A stretch of 64,000 nucleotides of DNA from Candidatus Methanomethylophilaceae archaeon (GTDB lineage: Archaea; Thermoplasmatota; Thermoplasmata; Methanomassiliicoccales; Methanomethylophilaceae): assembly GCA_944320495.1 (NCBI GenBank), contig CALUHR010000009.1:79645-143644 (forward strand), read 5' to 3'. Shown piece by piece: positions 1 to 10,133 of the stretch. How positions within the stretch are numbered: position 1 is the first letter of the stretch; each line of letters starts with the position of its first letter. Made by a program: the position numbers and the translations under genes. The notes under the pieces are model-generated. The model was not told where the DNA came from and ran no database searches. It saw only the letters and a list, made by a program, of their open reading frames with translations.

Positions 1-635
1 AGGAGGTCCTTGACCCACATGGTGTCGCCGCCCCTGGTCCAGACAGTGACCCTCTCCTCTCCCATGAACTGGTTGCCGGCGTACGTCCATCCGTCGGTGA
101 TGCTCCGGCACCAGCCGGAATGCGACGACCCGTCGGTCCATCCCCCGTCCGGCCAGGAGTAGAAGACGTTCCTGTCCTGGCTCACCAGCGCCATGCCGTC
201 CCTGACGGTGTCGTAGCCCCAGGTGACGGTCCCCTCGACGGTGTGCGGGATGTCCCCGTTCCTGTACTCGCCGAAGACGTCCATGGTCCATCCGGTGCCC
301 ACGCGCGTGTCCTCCACCCATTTGGCGTAGAGGATGATGTGACCGCGGAGATCGGGGCTTATCGCCATGATGGGGTTGGTGAGAGCGGCCTCGGTGCACC
401 ATCCGGCGAACCAGTACCCTTCCCTCTCGGGGATGGGCAGGGTCGCGGAGGATCCCGCCACGTAGTATCCCGGGGCGTCCGTCGGAAGGGTTCCCCCGTC
501 CGTGCGGTAGCTGATGTAGAACCTCTCGCCGTCCCGGACCTCCGTGTCGTCCAGCACGGTGGTCGCGACGACCGCGGATGCGAGCGTGGCGAACGCCAGG
601 GCAATGGCGACGGCGGCCAGCACGGACTTCCTCAT
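1..635 (-). CDS. Secreted/surface protein with InlB B-repeat (Listeria-Bacteroides repeat)-like domain, runs off window edge
   Basis: ATG at 635, MRKSVLAAVAIALAFATLASAVVA signal peptide, then YRTDGGTLP...LPIPEREGYWFAGWCTE...LYAKW motif typical of Flg_new repeats; not in ORF track because truncated. Confidence 0.7.
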   Translation of the reverse strand, partial: MRKSVLAAVAIALAFATLASAVVATTVLDDTEVRDGERFYISYRTDGGTLPTDAPGYYVAGSSATLPIPEREGYWFAGWCTEAALTNPIMAISPDLRGHIILYAKWVEDTRVGTGWTMDVFGEYRNGDIPHTVEGTVTWGYDTVRDGMALVSQDRNVFYSWPDGGWTDGSSHSGWCRSITDGWTYAGNQFMGEERVTVWTRGGDTMWVKDL

Positions 636-711
636 GGCCGGGGCATCCGTCTATCATCCTTAAATCATGCAGACCGACAGGCTTTAACGCCGTTGATTCA
701 TTCACCCGGAC

Positions 712-1119
712 ATGGCGATGATCGACATCGAGTACAGGCACCCCGAGGCGGATCCGGACGACCCCACCATAAGGCGTCGCACGAACGCCGTCATGTCCCA
801 GTACATCAGGGACCTCATCTTCGAGATGCAGATGGCGGACATCTCGTGCGCGTTCAAGGAGACCGTGACGGAGGACGGCACCAGGGACGTCAGGATAAAC
901 GGCAGGACGATCCCGGAGATCATCGAGGGGCTCCAGATCAAGATGCTCGAGGAGGAGGACTCCTGCGACCTCGGGAGCACCAGGATGGTCAAGTTCGGCA
1001 GGCCCACCCTGGACTGGAAGAGGGAGTGGGTCGAGGACGTGCCCGACACCATCATGAAGAACGCGATCGCCAAGGTGTTCGCGGACGAGAACAGGAACAG
1101 GATCGACGTCATCAACTGA
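712..1119 (+). CDS. Hypothetical protein, DUF2703-like (thioredoxin-like fold)
   Basis: 135 aa with host codon usage; VRINGRTIPEII and EDVPDTIMKNAI resemble DUF2703 but the CxxC motifs are absent. Confidence 0.5.
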   Translation: MAMIDIEYRHPEADPDDPTIRRRTNAVMSQYIRDLIFEMQMADISCAFKETVTEDGTRDVRINGRTIPEIIEGLQIKMLEEEDSCDLGSTRMVKFGRPTLDWKREWVEDVPDTIMKNAIAKVFADENRNRIDVIN

Positions 1120-1209
1120 AACGGTCCCGGGCCGCCGCACGGCGGTCCCCGACCTTCCAGGTCCCATCGGACCATCACCCTTATGAGAGGCCCCGCCATC
1201 GCAACGGCC

Positions 1210-3135
1210 ATGTTCGAGATACTCAGGCGGGACGGACTCGCCAGGATAGGCAGGTTCACCGTCGGCGACAAGGTCGTCGAGACCCCGGCTCTGCTCCCGG
1301 TGGTCAACCCAAAGATCTGCACCGTGCCGCCCAGGGAGCTCCACGACAGGTTCGGATTCAACGCTCTGATTACCAACTCATACATCATACGCAACATCCC
1401 CGAGCTCAAGGAGAAGGCCCAGGCCATGGGGCTGCACGAGATGCTCGACTTCCCCGGGGTCATCATGACGGATTCCGGCACGTTCCAGAGCCACATGTAC
1501 GGCGAGGTCGAGGTCACCAACGAGGAGATCGTCGAGTTCCAGAAGTCCATCGGCACGGACATAGGCACGGTCCTCGACGTGTTCACGGAGCCGGACTGGT
1601 CCCATGAGAAGACCAAGCGCTCCCTGGAGACCACCCTCGAGAGGACGAGGAAGGCGTGCGAGATCAAGGGGAAGATGATGATCAACGGCGTCGTGCAGGG
1701 TTCCATCTACACCGATCTCCGCGAGTACAGCGCCTCCGCCATGGCCGACATGGACGTGGACGTCCACCCCGTCGGAGGCGTTGTGCCGCTGATGGAGCAG
1801 TACCGCTACTCCGAGCTGGTCGATGTGGTCATGGCATCGAAGAAGGGTCTCAACCCCTCGCGCCCGGTACATCTCTTCGGCGCCGGGCATCCGATGATCC
1901 TCGCTCTGGCAACGCTGATGGGCTGCGACCTCTTCGATTCCGCATCCTACGCCAAGTTCGCCAGGGACGACAGGATGATGTTCCTCGACGGGACGTTCAG
2001 GCTCCAGGACATGCAGACACTGGACTGCGGATGTCCCGCCTGCCAGGGCCACACCCTTCAGGACCTCAGGAAGATGAGCAAGAACGCCCGCACCAAGCTC
2101 ATCGCCGAGCACAACCTCTACCAGATCACGCAGGAGCTGGCACTCGTCAAGAGATACCTCCGCGAGGGCAGGCTCTGGGAGCTCGCCGAGATCCGCTGCC
2201 GCGCCCACCCGGCGCTGCTCGACGGTCTCAGGAGGCTGAGGGAGTGGCAGGACCTCATGGAGCGCTACGATCCCATAAGCAGGGAGGGGGCGGTGTTCTA
2301 CACAGGTCCGGAGACCCGCGCCAGGCCGGTCTACATGAGATACGCCGAGAGGCTGAACTCCAGATACGTCCCCGAGACCAGGAAGGCCGCGTTGTTCCCC
2401 GAGCCCTCGGGCAAGCCGTACAGCAGACCGTACGCGGAGGAGTTCGCCAGGGTCCGCCGCGCAGGGTACACCCCGGTGGTGGCCAGCCCGTGGGGTCCCG
2501 TCCCCGCCGAGCTGGATGAACTCTATCCTCTGGCGCAGTCCGTCTTCCCGGAGTGCCAGGACCGCGAGACCCAGGAGGAGTCCGAGAGGCTCACCGCCGA
2601 GTTCCTGGAGTCAAAGTTCGACGTGGCCGTGGAGTACGACCAGGTCCCGGATGCAGAGGGGGAGGATGTCGATGCGGACAAGATCCGTGCCAAGGCCGTC
2701 GCCCGCTACCAGTTCGGCATCGATGCCGCCGATGCGCTGTTCAGGGAGCCCATCGAGCTCGTGAAGTCGAAGAAGACGGGGAAGATCCGCAACGTCATAT
2801 CCGACGGGGAGCACGTCCTCTCCATGCGTGCCGGCGATGGGATGTACACCCTCAGGATGGAGGGCGCCAAGAGGATCGTCGCCGCCGTGTCCGCGCCCTA
2901 CATGCGCGTCGCGGTGGTCGAGGACTCCGTCCCGTTCGTATCGGAGGGGAGGAACGCGTTCGCACAGTTCGTGCTCTCCTGCGATCCCGACATCCGCCCG
3001 ATGGAGGAGGTCATCGTGACCGACCCGTCGGACAGGCCCATCGCCACAGGCAGGGCGTTCCTGACCGCTTTCGAGATGGGCTCGATGAAGAAGGGGATGG
3101 CCGTCAAGGTCAGGTCCGGCTCGGACGACGAATGA
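1210..3135 (+). CDS. tgtA: Archaeosine tRNA-guanine transglycosylase
   Basis: MFEILRRDGLARIG start, IMTDSGTFQ, HLFGAGHP, DLFDSASY, CGCPAC Zn site, C-terminal PUA domain. Confidence 0.95.
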   Translation: MFEILRRDGLARIGRFTVGDKVVETPALLPVVNPKICTVPPRELHDRFGFNALITNSYIIRNIPELKEKAQAMGLHEMLDFPGVIMTDSGTFQSHMYGEVEVTNEEIVEFQKSIGTDIGTVLDVFTEPDWSHEKTKRSLETTLERTRKACEIKGKMMINGVVQGSIYTDLREYSASAMADMDVDVHPVGGVVPLMEQYRYSELVDVVMASKKGLNPSRPVHLFGAGHPMILALATLMGCDLFDSASYAKFARDDRMMFLDGTFRLQDMQTLDCGCPACQGHTLQDLRKMSKNARTKLIAEHNLYQITQELALVKRYLREGRLWELAEIRCRAHPALLDGLRRLREWQDLMERYDPISREGAVFYTGPETRARPVYMRYAERLNSRYVPETRKAALFPEPSGKPYSRPYAEEFARVRRAGYTPVVASPWGPVPAELDELYPLAQSVFPECQDRETQEESERLTAEFLESKFDVAVEYDQVPDAEGEDVDADKIRAKAVARYQFGIDAADALFREPIELVKSKKTGKIRNVISDGEHVLSMRAGDGMYTLRMEGAKRIVAAVSAPYMRVAVVEDSVPFVSEGRNAFAQFVLSCDPDIRPMEEVIVTDPSDRPIATGRAFLTAFEMGSMKKGMAVKVRSGSDDE

Positions 3136-3144
3136 CCGGGCCAC

Positions 3145-3164
3145 GGGGGCGCGTCGGCGCCCCC
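3145..3164. terminator. GC hairpin between convergent tgtA and fprA
   Basis: GGGGGCGC-GTCG-GCGCCCCC perfect 8-bp stem followed by an A-run. Confidence 0.55.
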
Positions 3165-3180
3165 GGCCCCAAAAACGATT

Positions 3181-4398
3181 TCAGCTCTCTGAGACCGACG
3201 CTGCAATGGCGTCGGCCAGCGCCTCCAGTTCGGGCACCTGCTCCGGTGCCAGGGAGGACTTTATCGTCAGGGTCTCGCCGACCTTGGTCATGCCCTTCAT
3301 GCCGGACACGCGCTCCTCGATGATCCTGTCGGCCTGGGGCGCCCAGGAGCCGTTGCCGATGACGGAGTACCTCCTGTTCTGGACCGCCATGATCTCCATG
3401 TCCTCTATCGTGGAGGACATCGACGGGTGCAGGGCGTTGTTGTACGTCGTGGATGCGAACACGATGTTGGTGAAGCGGAATGCGTCCGCCACCGCGTAGG
3501 ACGGATGCTCGACGGTCATGCTGTGCATGGTGACGTTCTCCACGCCGCGCTCCTTCAGCATGATGGCGAGCCTCTCGGCGACCGCCGCGGTGTTCCCGTA
3601 GACGGAGGTGTAGGCTATGGTCACACCCCTCTCCTCGGGCTCGTATCTGCTCCAGAGGTCGTACTTGCCGAGTATGTATCCGAGGTCGCTCCTCCATATG
3701 GGCCCGTGGAGCGGGCAGATCATGTCGATGGGGACGTCCTTCAGCTTGGCGATGACGTTCTGGACCTTCGCCCCGTACTTCCCGACTATGTTCGCGTAGT
3801 ACCTCCTGGCCTCGTTCAGGTAGTCCCTGTCGAAGTCGGTCTCGTCCGCATAGAGCGCTCCGGAGACCGCCTTGAACGTCCCGAAAGCGTCGGCCGAGAA
3901 GAGGATCCTCTCGCCCACGTCGTAGGTGAACATGACCTCGGGCCAGTGGACCATCACGGCGAAGTAGAACCTCAGGGTGTGTTTCCCCACTACGAGCTCG
4001 TCGCCCTCCTTGACGACCATCCTGTTCTTCGGGCTGATGCGGTAGAAGTTCTCCAGCATGTCGAAGGTTTTGGAGTTCCCGACCACGGTGACCTCCGGCC
4101 AGGCTTCGAGTACCTGTGTGATGCAGGCGCCGTGGTCCGGCTCCATGTGGTTGATGATCAGGTAGTCCAGGTCCCTCCCGTCCATGGTCTTGCGGAGGTT
4201 CCTCCAGAACTTCGAGGCGATGGAGGAGTCCACAGTGTCAAGGAGGCACGTCTTTCCCTCGGAGCTGATGAGGTACGAGTTGTACGAGACCCCCTCGGGT
4301 ATCGGGAACGCTCCCTCGAAAATCGTGGCGGTGCGGTCGTCCCCGCCGATCCAGAAGATGTCGTCCCTTATGGGCACGGCCGTATCCTTAGGTATCAT
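3181..4398 (-). CDS. fprA: FprA family A-type flavoprotein (flavodiiron protein)
   Basis: Real start MIPKDTAVPIRDDIFWIG (ATG 4398); SYNSYLI, NHMEPDHG, HWPE, FSADAFG, CPLHGP motifs plus C-terminal flavodoxin domain; the 722-aa track ORF is an over-extension. Confidence 0.92.
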   Translation of the reverse strand: MIPKDTAVPIRDDIFWIGGDDRTATIFEGAFPIPEGVSYNSYLISSEGKTCLLDTVDSSIASKFWRNLRKTMDGRDLDYLIINHMEPDHGACITQVLEAWPEVTVVGNSKTFDMLENFYRISPKNRMVVKEGDELVVGKHTLRFYFAVMVHWPEVMFTYDVGERILFSADAFGTFKAVSGALYADETDFDRDYLNEARRYYANIVGKYGAKVQNVIAKLKDVPIDMICPLHGPIWRSDLGYILGKYDLWSRYEPEERGVTIAYTSVYGNTAAVAERLAIMLKERGVENVTMHSMTVEHPSYAVADAFRFTNIVFASTTYNNALHPSMSSTIEDMEIMAVQNRRYSVIGNGSWAPQADRIIEERVSGMKGMTKVGETLTIKSSLAPEQVPELEALADAIAASVSES

Positions 4399-4469
4399 GC
4401 GGGTGCGGAGGTCTCCCGGGCTTAAAGAAGATGGCCCGGGGACCTCGGATGGAATGTCTGTTAACGCCG

Positions 4470-5003
4470 TTATGACCTGTAGTACACCGACCTCTTCATG
4501 GGGAGGACGTTCTCGCAGGTCTCGGCGACCTCCGTGAGCTCGGAGGGCATGTCGTCGACGACGGGCTGGTGCTCCGTGTCTGACAGGACGGCGAAGGTCG
4601 GGCTCCTGGACGAGAACTGGAGCCTCATGGCCTCCGCGGTGTCCCCGCCCATTCTCTCCGACAGTGTGGAATCCCAGCCCTCGGGCGCCCAGTCCTCCAG
4701 CCTCTGGTAGTACGCGTCCAGGGCGACCTCCACCTTGGATGCGGTAACCGCGATGCCCATGTCCGGTCTTCCGACGACCCATTCGGCGAAGAGCCTGGCG
4801 CCCTGCCCGTGCTCCAGACGGCCGACGCATGTCCAGAACGGATCGAAGTCGAGTCCGAGATTCCGGGCGGCCTCGGCGGGCAGCCCCGGTCTGACGAGGG
4901 TGCATCTGCCTTCGCCAACCCACCATCTGATGCGGTTGTGGTCTGCGGGGAACCAGATGTGCCCCGCCCTCTGCATGGCCTCCGGGCTGTCGTCGTAGCT
5001 CAT
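4470..5003 (-). CDS. Hypothetical protein
   Basis: 177 aa, host-like codon usage, TAA stop, AT-rich promoter-like region upstream. Confidence 0.6.
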   Translation of the reverse strand: MSYDDSPEAMQRAGHIWFPADHNRIRWWVGEGRCTLVRPGLPAEAARNLGLDFDPFWTCVGRLEHGQGARLFAEWVVGRPDMGIAVTASKVEVALDAYYQRLEDWAPEGWDSTLSERMGGDTAEAMRLQFSSRSPTFAVLSDTEHQPVVDDMPSELTEVAETCENVLPMKRSVYYRS

Positions 5004-5152
5004 GGGGCTCGCATTCCGATGTCTTCATAATAAAAGGGCGCACGGGACGGACGGGGATTAAGCCCGGTTGAGGGCCTGATGTAATAAAATGGGCAGTTGG
5101 AACCGTCATCCAAATATAATTCGCGGTGCATGCCAGACGTAGGTGTGAGCTA

Positions 5153-5782
5153 GTGGACAAGGTAGAGATGTCGCCCATCCTCCTCTCTCCCGGCAACAGG
5201 CTGGTGACGGTCTTCGGAGGGGGTAGGGTCGCCCTTCGCAAATGCCGCCATTTTGACGGATTCAGGATACGCGTGGTCTCCGAGGAGGTCATGCCCGAGC
5301 TGAGGGAGCTGGCGGAGGAGGTCCTCATCGATTCCATCGACAGGGACAACGTCCTGCGCTACATCGAGGGGTCCGACATCGTCGTGGCCGCCACGTCCGA
5401 CCACGCGCTCAACGATATGATAAGGGACACCGCTATGTCCCGGGGGATAATGACCAACTCCGCCCACGGCGGAGGGGACGTCCTAATACCATCGACCCTC
5501 CACAGGGACGGCTGGACGGTCTGCGTGTCATCCGAGGGTCGCGTCCCGGCGTTCCCACCCTATGTGATCGAGAGGATCGACGAGATGCTCGACCCATCGT
5601 ACGATGCGATGCTGGCACTGCTGGTCGACCTGAGGGTCGTCATAAGGGAGAGGATACCCACGCAGCCAGGTAGGGCGGAGTTCCTCGCAGGGGTGCTCGC
5701 AGATGAGGACGTCTGGGACCTCCTGAGGGAGGGCCGCGGCGGGGAGGCGAGGGAGCTGGCTCTCGCGAGGGGAGGTCTCCGA
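5153..5782 (+). CDS. sirC: Precorrin-2 dehydrogenase (SirC/CysG N-terminal type)
   Basis: VTVFGGGRVALRK Rossmann motif, VVAATSD, VCVSSEG; GTG 5153 chosen after TATA-like AAATATAAT; ends CTC CGA TGA (CGA 5780-5782 overlaps hemA ATG, TGA 5783-5785). Confidence 0.85.
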
Positions 5783-7023
5783 TGATAGTTAGCATGCATG
5801 TTACGCACACCTCGGCCGGAGGCACGACGGGTCTGAACGACGTCGTCCCGAGGCTGGAGGAGGAGGCGGCCAAACGTCTGCCGGGCATACAGTGGATCTC
5901 GGAGTACGTGGTGGTCCGCACCTGCAACCGTTTCGAGATTTACGCCGCCACTGGCAGCAACCTCTCGGTCAGGGAGTTCTTCGATTCGATGATCAGGACG
6001 ATAGTCCCCTCGTCGAACATCTCGTACACGCTGGACGACAGGGACAGCATCAAGCACCTCTTCAGGGTGGTCTGCGGTCTGGACTCCCTCATCGTCGGCG
6101 AGGACCAGATCCAGCATCAGGTCCGTGAGTCGTACATGAGGGCGAGAGAGGAGGGACATGTCGGAAGCATGCTCTCCCATCTGTTCGACAAGGCGATGGC
6201 CGTCGGCAAAAGGGTCAGGACCGAGACGTCCCTGAACAAGGGGGCCGTATCGGTGGGATCCGCGGCGGTGGAGCTGGCCGAGGGTCGTCTGGGGGACCTG
6301 TCCGGCAAGAGCATCACGATCCTGGGGGCGGGCGACATAGCGTCCGTCATCGCGAAGAACCTTATGGGCAAGAACCTGGGCACCGTCGTCGTCTCCAACC
6401 GTACGTACAGCCGCGCCATAGAGCTGGCGAGCGAGCTGGGCGGCAAGGCCGTCAGCATGGCCAGGATGACCGACGCCGTGGCGGACTCGGACGTTGTCCT
6501 GGTGGCCACGGGCGCACCGCACGCCGTGCTCAAGTGCAGTCATGTCAGCGAGGCCATGGCAAGGAGACCGGACCGCCCGCTGCTTGTGATCGATGTAAGC
6601 ATACCCAGGAACACCGAGGACTCGGTGTCCGGGATACCGAACGTCGACGTGGAGAACATGGACTCGCTGCAGTCCATAGCCATGAGGAACGTCGAGCGCC
6701 GCAAGTCGGAGATCGCCGCCGCCGAGAGGATCATCACGGAGGAGCTGGCGAAGATCGACTCGGAGCAGAAGGAGCAGTACGCCAACGACGTCATCAGGCG
6801 CATTGGGATCAAGCTCGCGGGCATACGCGAGCATGAGCTTGGAACCGCTAGGTCTCGTGTGGGTTCCGCCGACATGGAGGAGATCCTCGAAGACCTGTCA
6901 AGGGCGATGGTCAACAAGATCACCGCCGAGCTTTACAAGAATCTGAGGGAGGCATCCCGCGACGGCCGCATGGAGACTTGCGGCGCCGCTGTGGAGCTCT
7001 TCGGACTGGAGGATTCGGAATGA
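5782..7023 (+). CDS. hemA: Glutamyl-tRNA reductase
   Basis: TCNRFE, HLFRVVCGLDSLIVGEDQI, ILGAGDIA, SNRT motifs. Confidence 0.95.
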   Translation: MIVSMHVTHTSAGGTTGLNDVVPRLEEEAAKRLPGIQWISEYVVVRTCNRFEIYAATGSNLSVREFFDSMIRTIVPSSNISYTLDDRDSIKHLFRVVCGLDSLIVGEDQIQHQVRESYMRAREEGHVGSMLSHLFDKAMAVGKRVRTETSLNKGAVSVGSAAVELAEGRLGDLSGKSITILGAGDIASVIAKNLMGKNLGTVVVSNRTYSRAIELASELGGKAVSMARMTDAVADSDVVLVATGAPHAVLKCSHVSEAMARRPDRPLLVIDVSIPRNTEDSVSGIPNVDVENMDSLQSIAMRNVERRKSEIAAAERIITEELAKIDSEQKEQYANDVIRRIGIKLAGIREHELGTARSRVGSADMEEILEDLSRAMVNKITAELYKNLREASRDGRMETCGAAVELFGLEDSE

Positions 7024-7988
7024 TGTACCCGGAAGTTCGCCTCAGGAGGCTGAGGCAGAGTCAGAGGATGAGGGACCTGGTCTGCGAGACGCGCGTCAGC
7101 AAGGACGAGCTCATGCTCCCCATGTTCTTCGATGCGAACATCGGCGAGACGAAGTACACGGACTCCATGCCCGGCGTGCCGACCCACCCGCTCAGCGGAT
7201 ACGACGCCATCGCGTCCGGCATCCAGGACAGCGGTGTCGGGTCGGTCCTGGTCTTCGGCGTCCCATCGCACAAGGACCCCACGGGCACCGGCGCCTATGA
7301 GGAGCACGGCGTGGTCCAGAAGGCCATCGAGGGCCTCAAGGAGAACTCGGACCTGCTGGTCGCGGCCGATCTCTGCCTGTGCGAGTACACCGACCACGGT
7401 CACTGCGGGGTCCTCACGGAGGATGGGGAGGTGCTCAACGACGAGACCCTCGACCTCTACGCGAGGACCGCCGTCTCCCAGGCCCAGGCCGGTGCGGACA
7501 TGATCGCACCCAGCGGCATGATGGACGGCGAGGTCGCCGCCATCAGGCAGGCCCTGGACGACGCCGGGTTCAAGAACGTCCCCATCATGGGTTACAGCGC
7601 CAAGTTCCAGTCCGCGTTCTACGGACCGTTCCGCGACATCGCGGACTCCGCTCCCGGCAAGGGGGACCGCGCCGGATACCAGATGGCCTGGGGCAACGCC
7701 CGCGAGGCCATGAGGGAGATCGAGTTCGACATCGCCGAGGGCGCGGACATCATCATGGTCAAGCCCGCCCTGCCCTATCTGGACATAATCAGGATGGCGA
7801 GGGACCGCTACGACATGCCCATAGCCGCCTACCAGGTCTCTGGCGAGTACGCCATGATCAAGGCCGCGGCCGCCAACGGATGGATCGACGAGCAGCGCAT
7901 CATGCGCGAGTCCATCACCGCGATCAAGCGCGCCGGCGCCGACATCATAATCACCTATTTCGCCGAGGACATGGCGAGGATGCTCTGA
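7020..7988 (+). CDS. hemB: Porphobilinogen synthase
   Basis: RLRRLR, ADLCLCEYTDHGHCG, APSGMMDG, YSAKFQSAFYGPFRD, MVKPAL; ATGA overlap with hemA. Confidence 0.96.
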   Translation: MMYPEVRLRRLRQSQRMRDLVCETRVSKDELMLPMFFDANIGETKYTDSMPGVPTHPLSGYDAIASGIQDSGVGSVLVFGVPSHKDPTGTGAYEEHGVVQKAIEGLKENSDLLVAADLCLCEYTDHGHCGVLTEDGEVLNDETLDLYARTAVSQAQAGADMIAPSGMMDGEVAAIRQALDDAGFKNVPIMGYSAKFQSAFYGPFRDIADSAPGKGDRAGYQMAWGNAREAMREIEFDIAEGADIIMVKPALPYLDIIRMARDRYDMPIAAYQVSGEYAMIKAAAANGWIDEQRIMRESITAIKRAGADIIITYFAEDMARML

Positions 7989-7992
7989 TACC

Positions 7993-9261
7993 ATGGACCA
8001 GTCTGCGAAGCTCTACGAGGAGTCCCGCGGGCTCGCGCCCGGAGGCGTCAGCAGCCCCGTCAGGATGTTCCAGCCCAACCCCCTCTTCATCGCGAAGGGC
8101 CAGGGGTCCAGGGTCACCGACGTCGACGGCGAGGAGTTCATCGACCTGTGCATGGCGTACGGGCCTCTCATCGCCGGCCACGCACATCCTGAGGTCACTG
8201 CCGCGGTGCAGGAGCAGATCGTCAAGGGAACCGTCTACGGCGCCCCGTCCGAGCCCGAGCTGGCGCTAGTGAGGAGGATCGCCTCGGCGGTCCCATCGGC
8301 GGACATGGTCCGTCTGGCCAACTCCGGCACGGAGGCCACAATGCACGCGATACGCACCGCTCGCGGGTACACGGGCAGGTTCGGCGTCGTGAAGATGAAC
8401 GGCGGGTTCCACGGGGCGCACGACGCCGTCCTCGTCAAGGCCGGCTCCGGATCGGCCGAGGGGGTCCCCTCCTCGAAGGGCGTCCCGTCGGGTGCCACCC
8501 AGTACACCCACACCGTCGAGTACAACGACATCCAGGCCATGAGCGACCTCCTCGAGAAGGACAAGGACATCGCCTGTGTCATCATGGAGCCGGTCCTCGG
8601 AAACGTCGGCGTGATCCCTCCGGAGGAGGGCTACCTCGAGGAGGTCAGGAAGGTCACGCGCGAGAACGACGTGGTCCTGATCTTCGACGAGGTCATCACC
8701 GGCTTCCGTCTCGGGCCCAACTGCGCTCAGGGCCGCTTCGGCGTGACCCCGGACATGACCACCATGGGCAAGATCATCGGCGGCGGCTATCCCGCCGGCG
8801 CGTTCGCTGGAAGGCGCGACATCATGGAGATGGTCGCTCCGCAGGGCCCCGTCTACGTCGCTGGGACCTTCGCCGGCAACCCGGTCACGGCCGCAGCCGG
8901 ACTGGCCACCATCGACCTCATGGCCAGGGGGGACAACTATCAGACCCTGGAGAGGAGGAGCGACAGGCTCACCTCCGCGATCCGCGACGCCATGGCCGAC
9001 AGCGGCGTGCCCGGATGCGTGAACTCCATCGGATCGATGTTCTCGATCTACTTCGGACCGGAGCAGGTCCGCAACGCCACCGACGCCGAGAGGACGGACC
9101 GCGAGGTCTTCGGCAGGATGTTCCGCTACATGCTGAAGCACGGCGTCTACATGGCACCGTCCGCACTGGAGGACAGCTTCGTGTCCATCGCGCACACGGA
9201 TGAGGACATCGACACCCTCTGCGAGGCCTTCTCCGGATTCATGAGAGAGGAGTCCAGATGA
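7993..9261 (+). CDS. hemL: Glutamate-1-semialdehyde 2,1-aminomutase
   Basis: PGGVSSPVR, NSGTEATM, FDEVITGFR, GKIIGGG motifs. Confidence 0.96.
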   Translation: MDQSAKLYEESRGLAPGGVSSPVRMFQPNPLFIAKGQGSRVTDVDGEEFIDLCMAYGPLIAGHAHPEVTAAVQEQIVKGTVYGAPSEPELALVRRIASAVPSADMVRLANSGTEATMHAIRTARGYTGRFGVVKMNGGFHGAHDAVLVKAGSGSAEGVPSSKGVPSGATQYTHTVEYNDIQAMSDLLEKDKDIACVIMEPVLGNVGVIPPEEGYLEEVRKVTRENDVVLIFDEVITGFRLGPNCAQGRFGVTPDMTTMGKIIGGGYPAGAFAGRRDIMEMVAPQGPVYVAGTFAGNPVTAAAGLATIDLMARGDNYQTLERRSDRLTSAIRDAMADSGVPGCVNSIGSMFSIYFGPEQVRNATDAERTDREVFGRMFRYMLKHGVYMAPSALEDSFVSIAHTDEDIDTLCEAFSGFMREESR

Positions 9262-10133
9262 GGGTAGGCTCCAGGGAGTCCAAGCTGGCGATGCGCCAGA
9301 CCGAGATCTTCGTCCAGCGCATGGCTGTGGCGAACCCGGACGTGACGTGCGAGGTCGTCGGGATGAAGGCCCTGGGGGACATCGACCTGAAGTCCAGGTT
9401 GGACCAGCTCCCGAAGACCGGGGCCTTCGTCCGCGAGCTGGATGACGCGATCCTCCGCGGGGAGATCGACTGCTCGGTGAACTCCCTGAAGGACATCCCC
9501 ATCGACATGGACCCGGAGCTCGTCATCGCGGCCATGTTCGACAGGGACGACCCCCGGGATGTCGTACTGCCGTGCCCCCTCGAGGAGCTCCCCGAGGGCG
9601 CCCGCGTGGGCACGGCGTCCGTCCGCAGGGAGAGCATCCTCAGGGACGTCAGGCCCGACCTCGTGATCGAGCCGCTGAGGGGCAACATCCACACGCGCCT
9701 CTCCCGTCTCGATGCGGGGGACTTCGACGCGATCATACTCGCCAAGGCAGGTCTGGACAGGATGGGCATAGACAGGCCCATGCACGTCCTCGACGACACG
9801 GTGTTCGTGCCGGCCCCCGCCCAGGGCATCATAGCGGTCGAGTGCAGGTCCGATGACCAGGAGACGCGCTCCAGGATCTCCAAGCTTGAGAGCCGCAGGT
9901 CCAGGGCCGAGGCGGGCGTCGAGCGCGGCATCATGAAGCTGATGGGTGCGGGGTGCTCCTCGCCCGTGGGAATAAACGCGAAGATGGTCGGTGACTCGAT
10001 CCATGTCGAGGCCGTGTCATACACGTACACCGAGGAGCCGAGGAGGGTCTCCACGGACCTCCCGGTCGACTACGTGATGGACGAGCTCCTGGATATCGCC
10101 GAGTACCTGACAGGCAGGAGGGATTCGATATGA
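9258..10133 (+). CDS. hemC: Hydroxymethylbilane synthase
   Basis: GSRESKLA, GAFVRELD, SLKDIP, LRGNIHTRL, AQGIIAVE, GCSSPVG. Confidence 0.95.
   Translation: MRVGSRESKLAMRQTEIFVQRMAVANPDVTCEVVGMKALGDIDLKSRLDQLPKTGAFVRELDDAILRGEIDCSVNSLKDIPIDMDPELVIAAMFDRDDPRDVVLPCPLEELPEGARVGTASVRRESILRDVRPDLVIEPLRGNIHTRLSRLDAGDFDAIILAKAGLDRMGIDRPMHVLDDTVFVPAPAQGIIAVECRSDDQETRSRISKLESRRSRAEAGVERGIMKLMGAGCSSPVGINAKMVGDSIHVEAVSYTYTEEPRRVSTDLPVDYVMDELLDIAEYLTGRRDSI

Noticed and set aside
1228-1230. CGG as an additional stop codon
   Set aside because: CGG occurs as a sense codon inside tgtA (codon 7), Sel1, LPD1, VirD4 and others.
3181-5349. 722-aa FprA with long N-terminal extension
   Set aside because: The extension crosses another gene and promoters; the family N-terminus starts at 4398.
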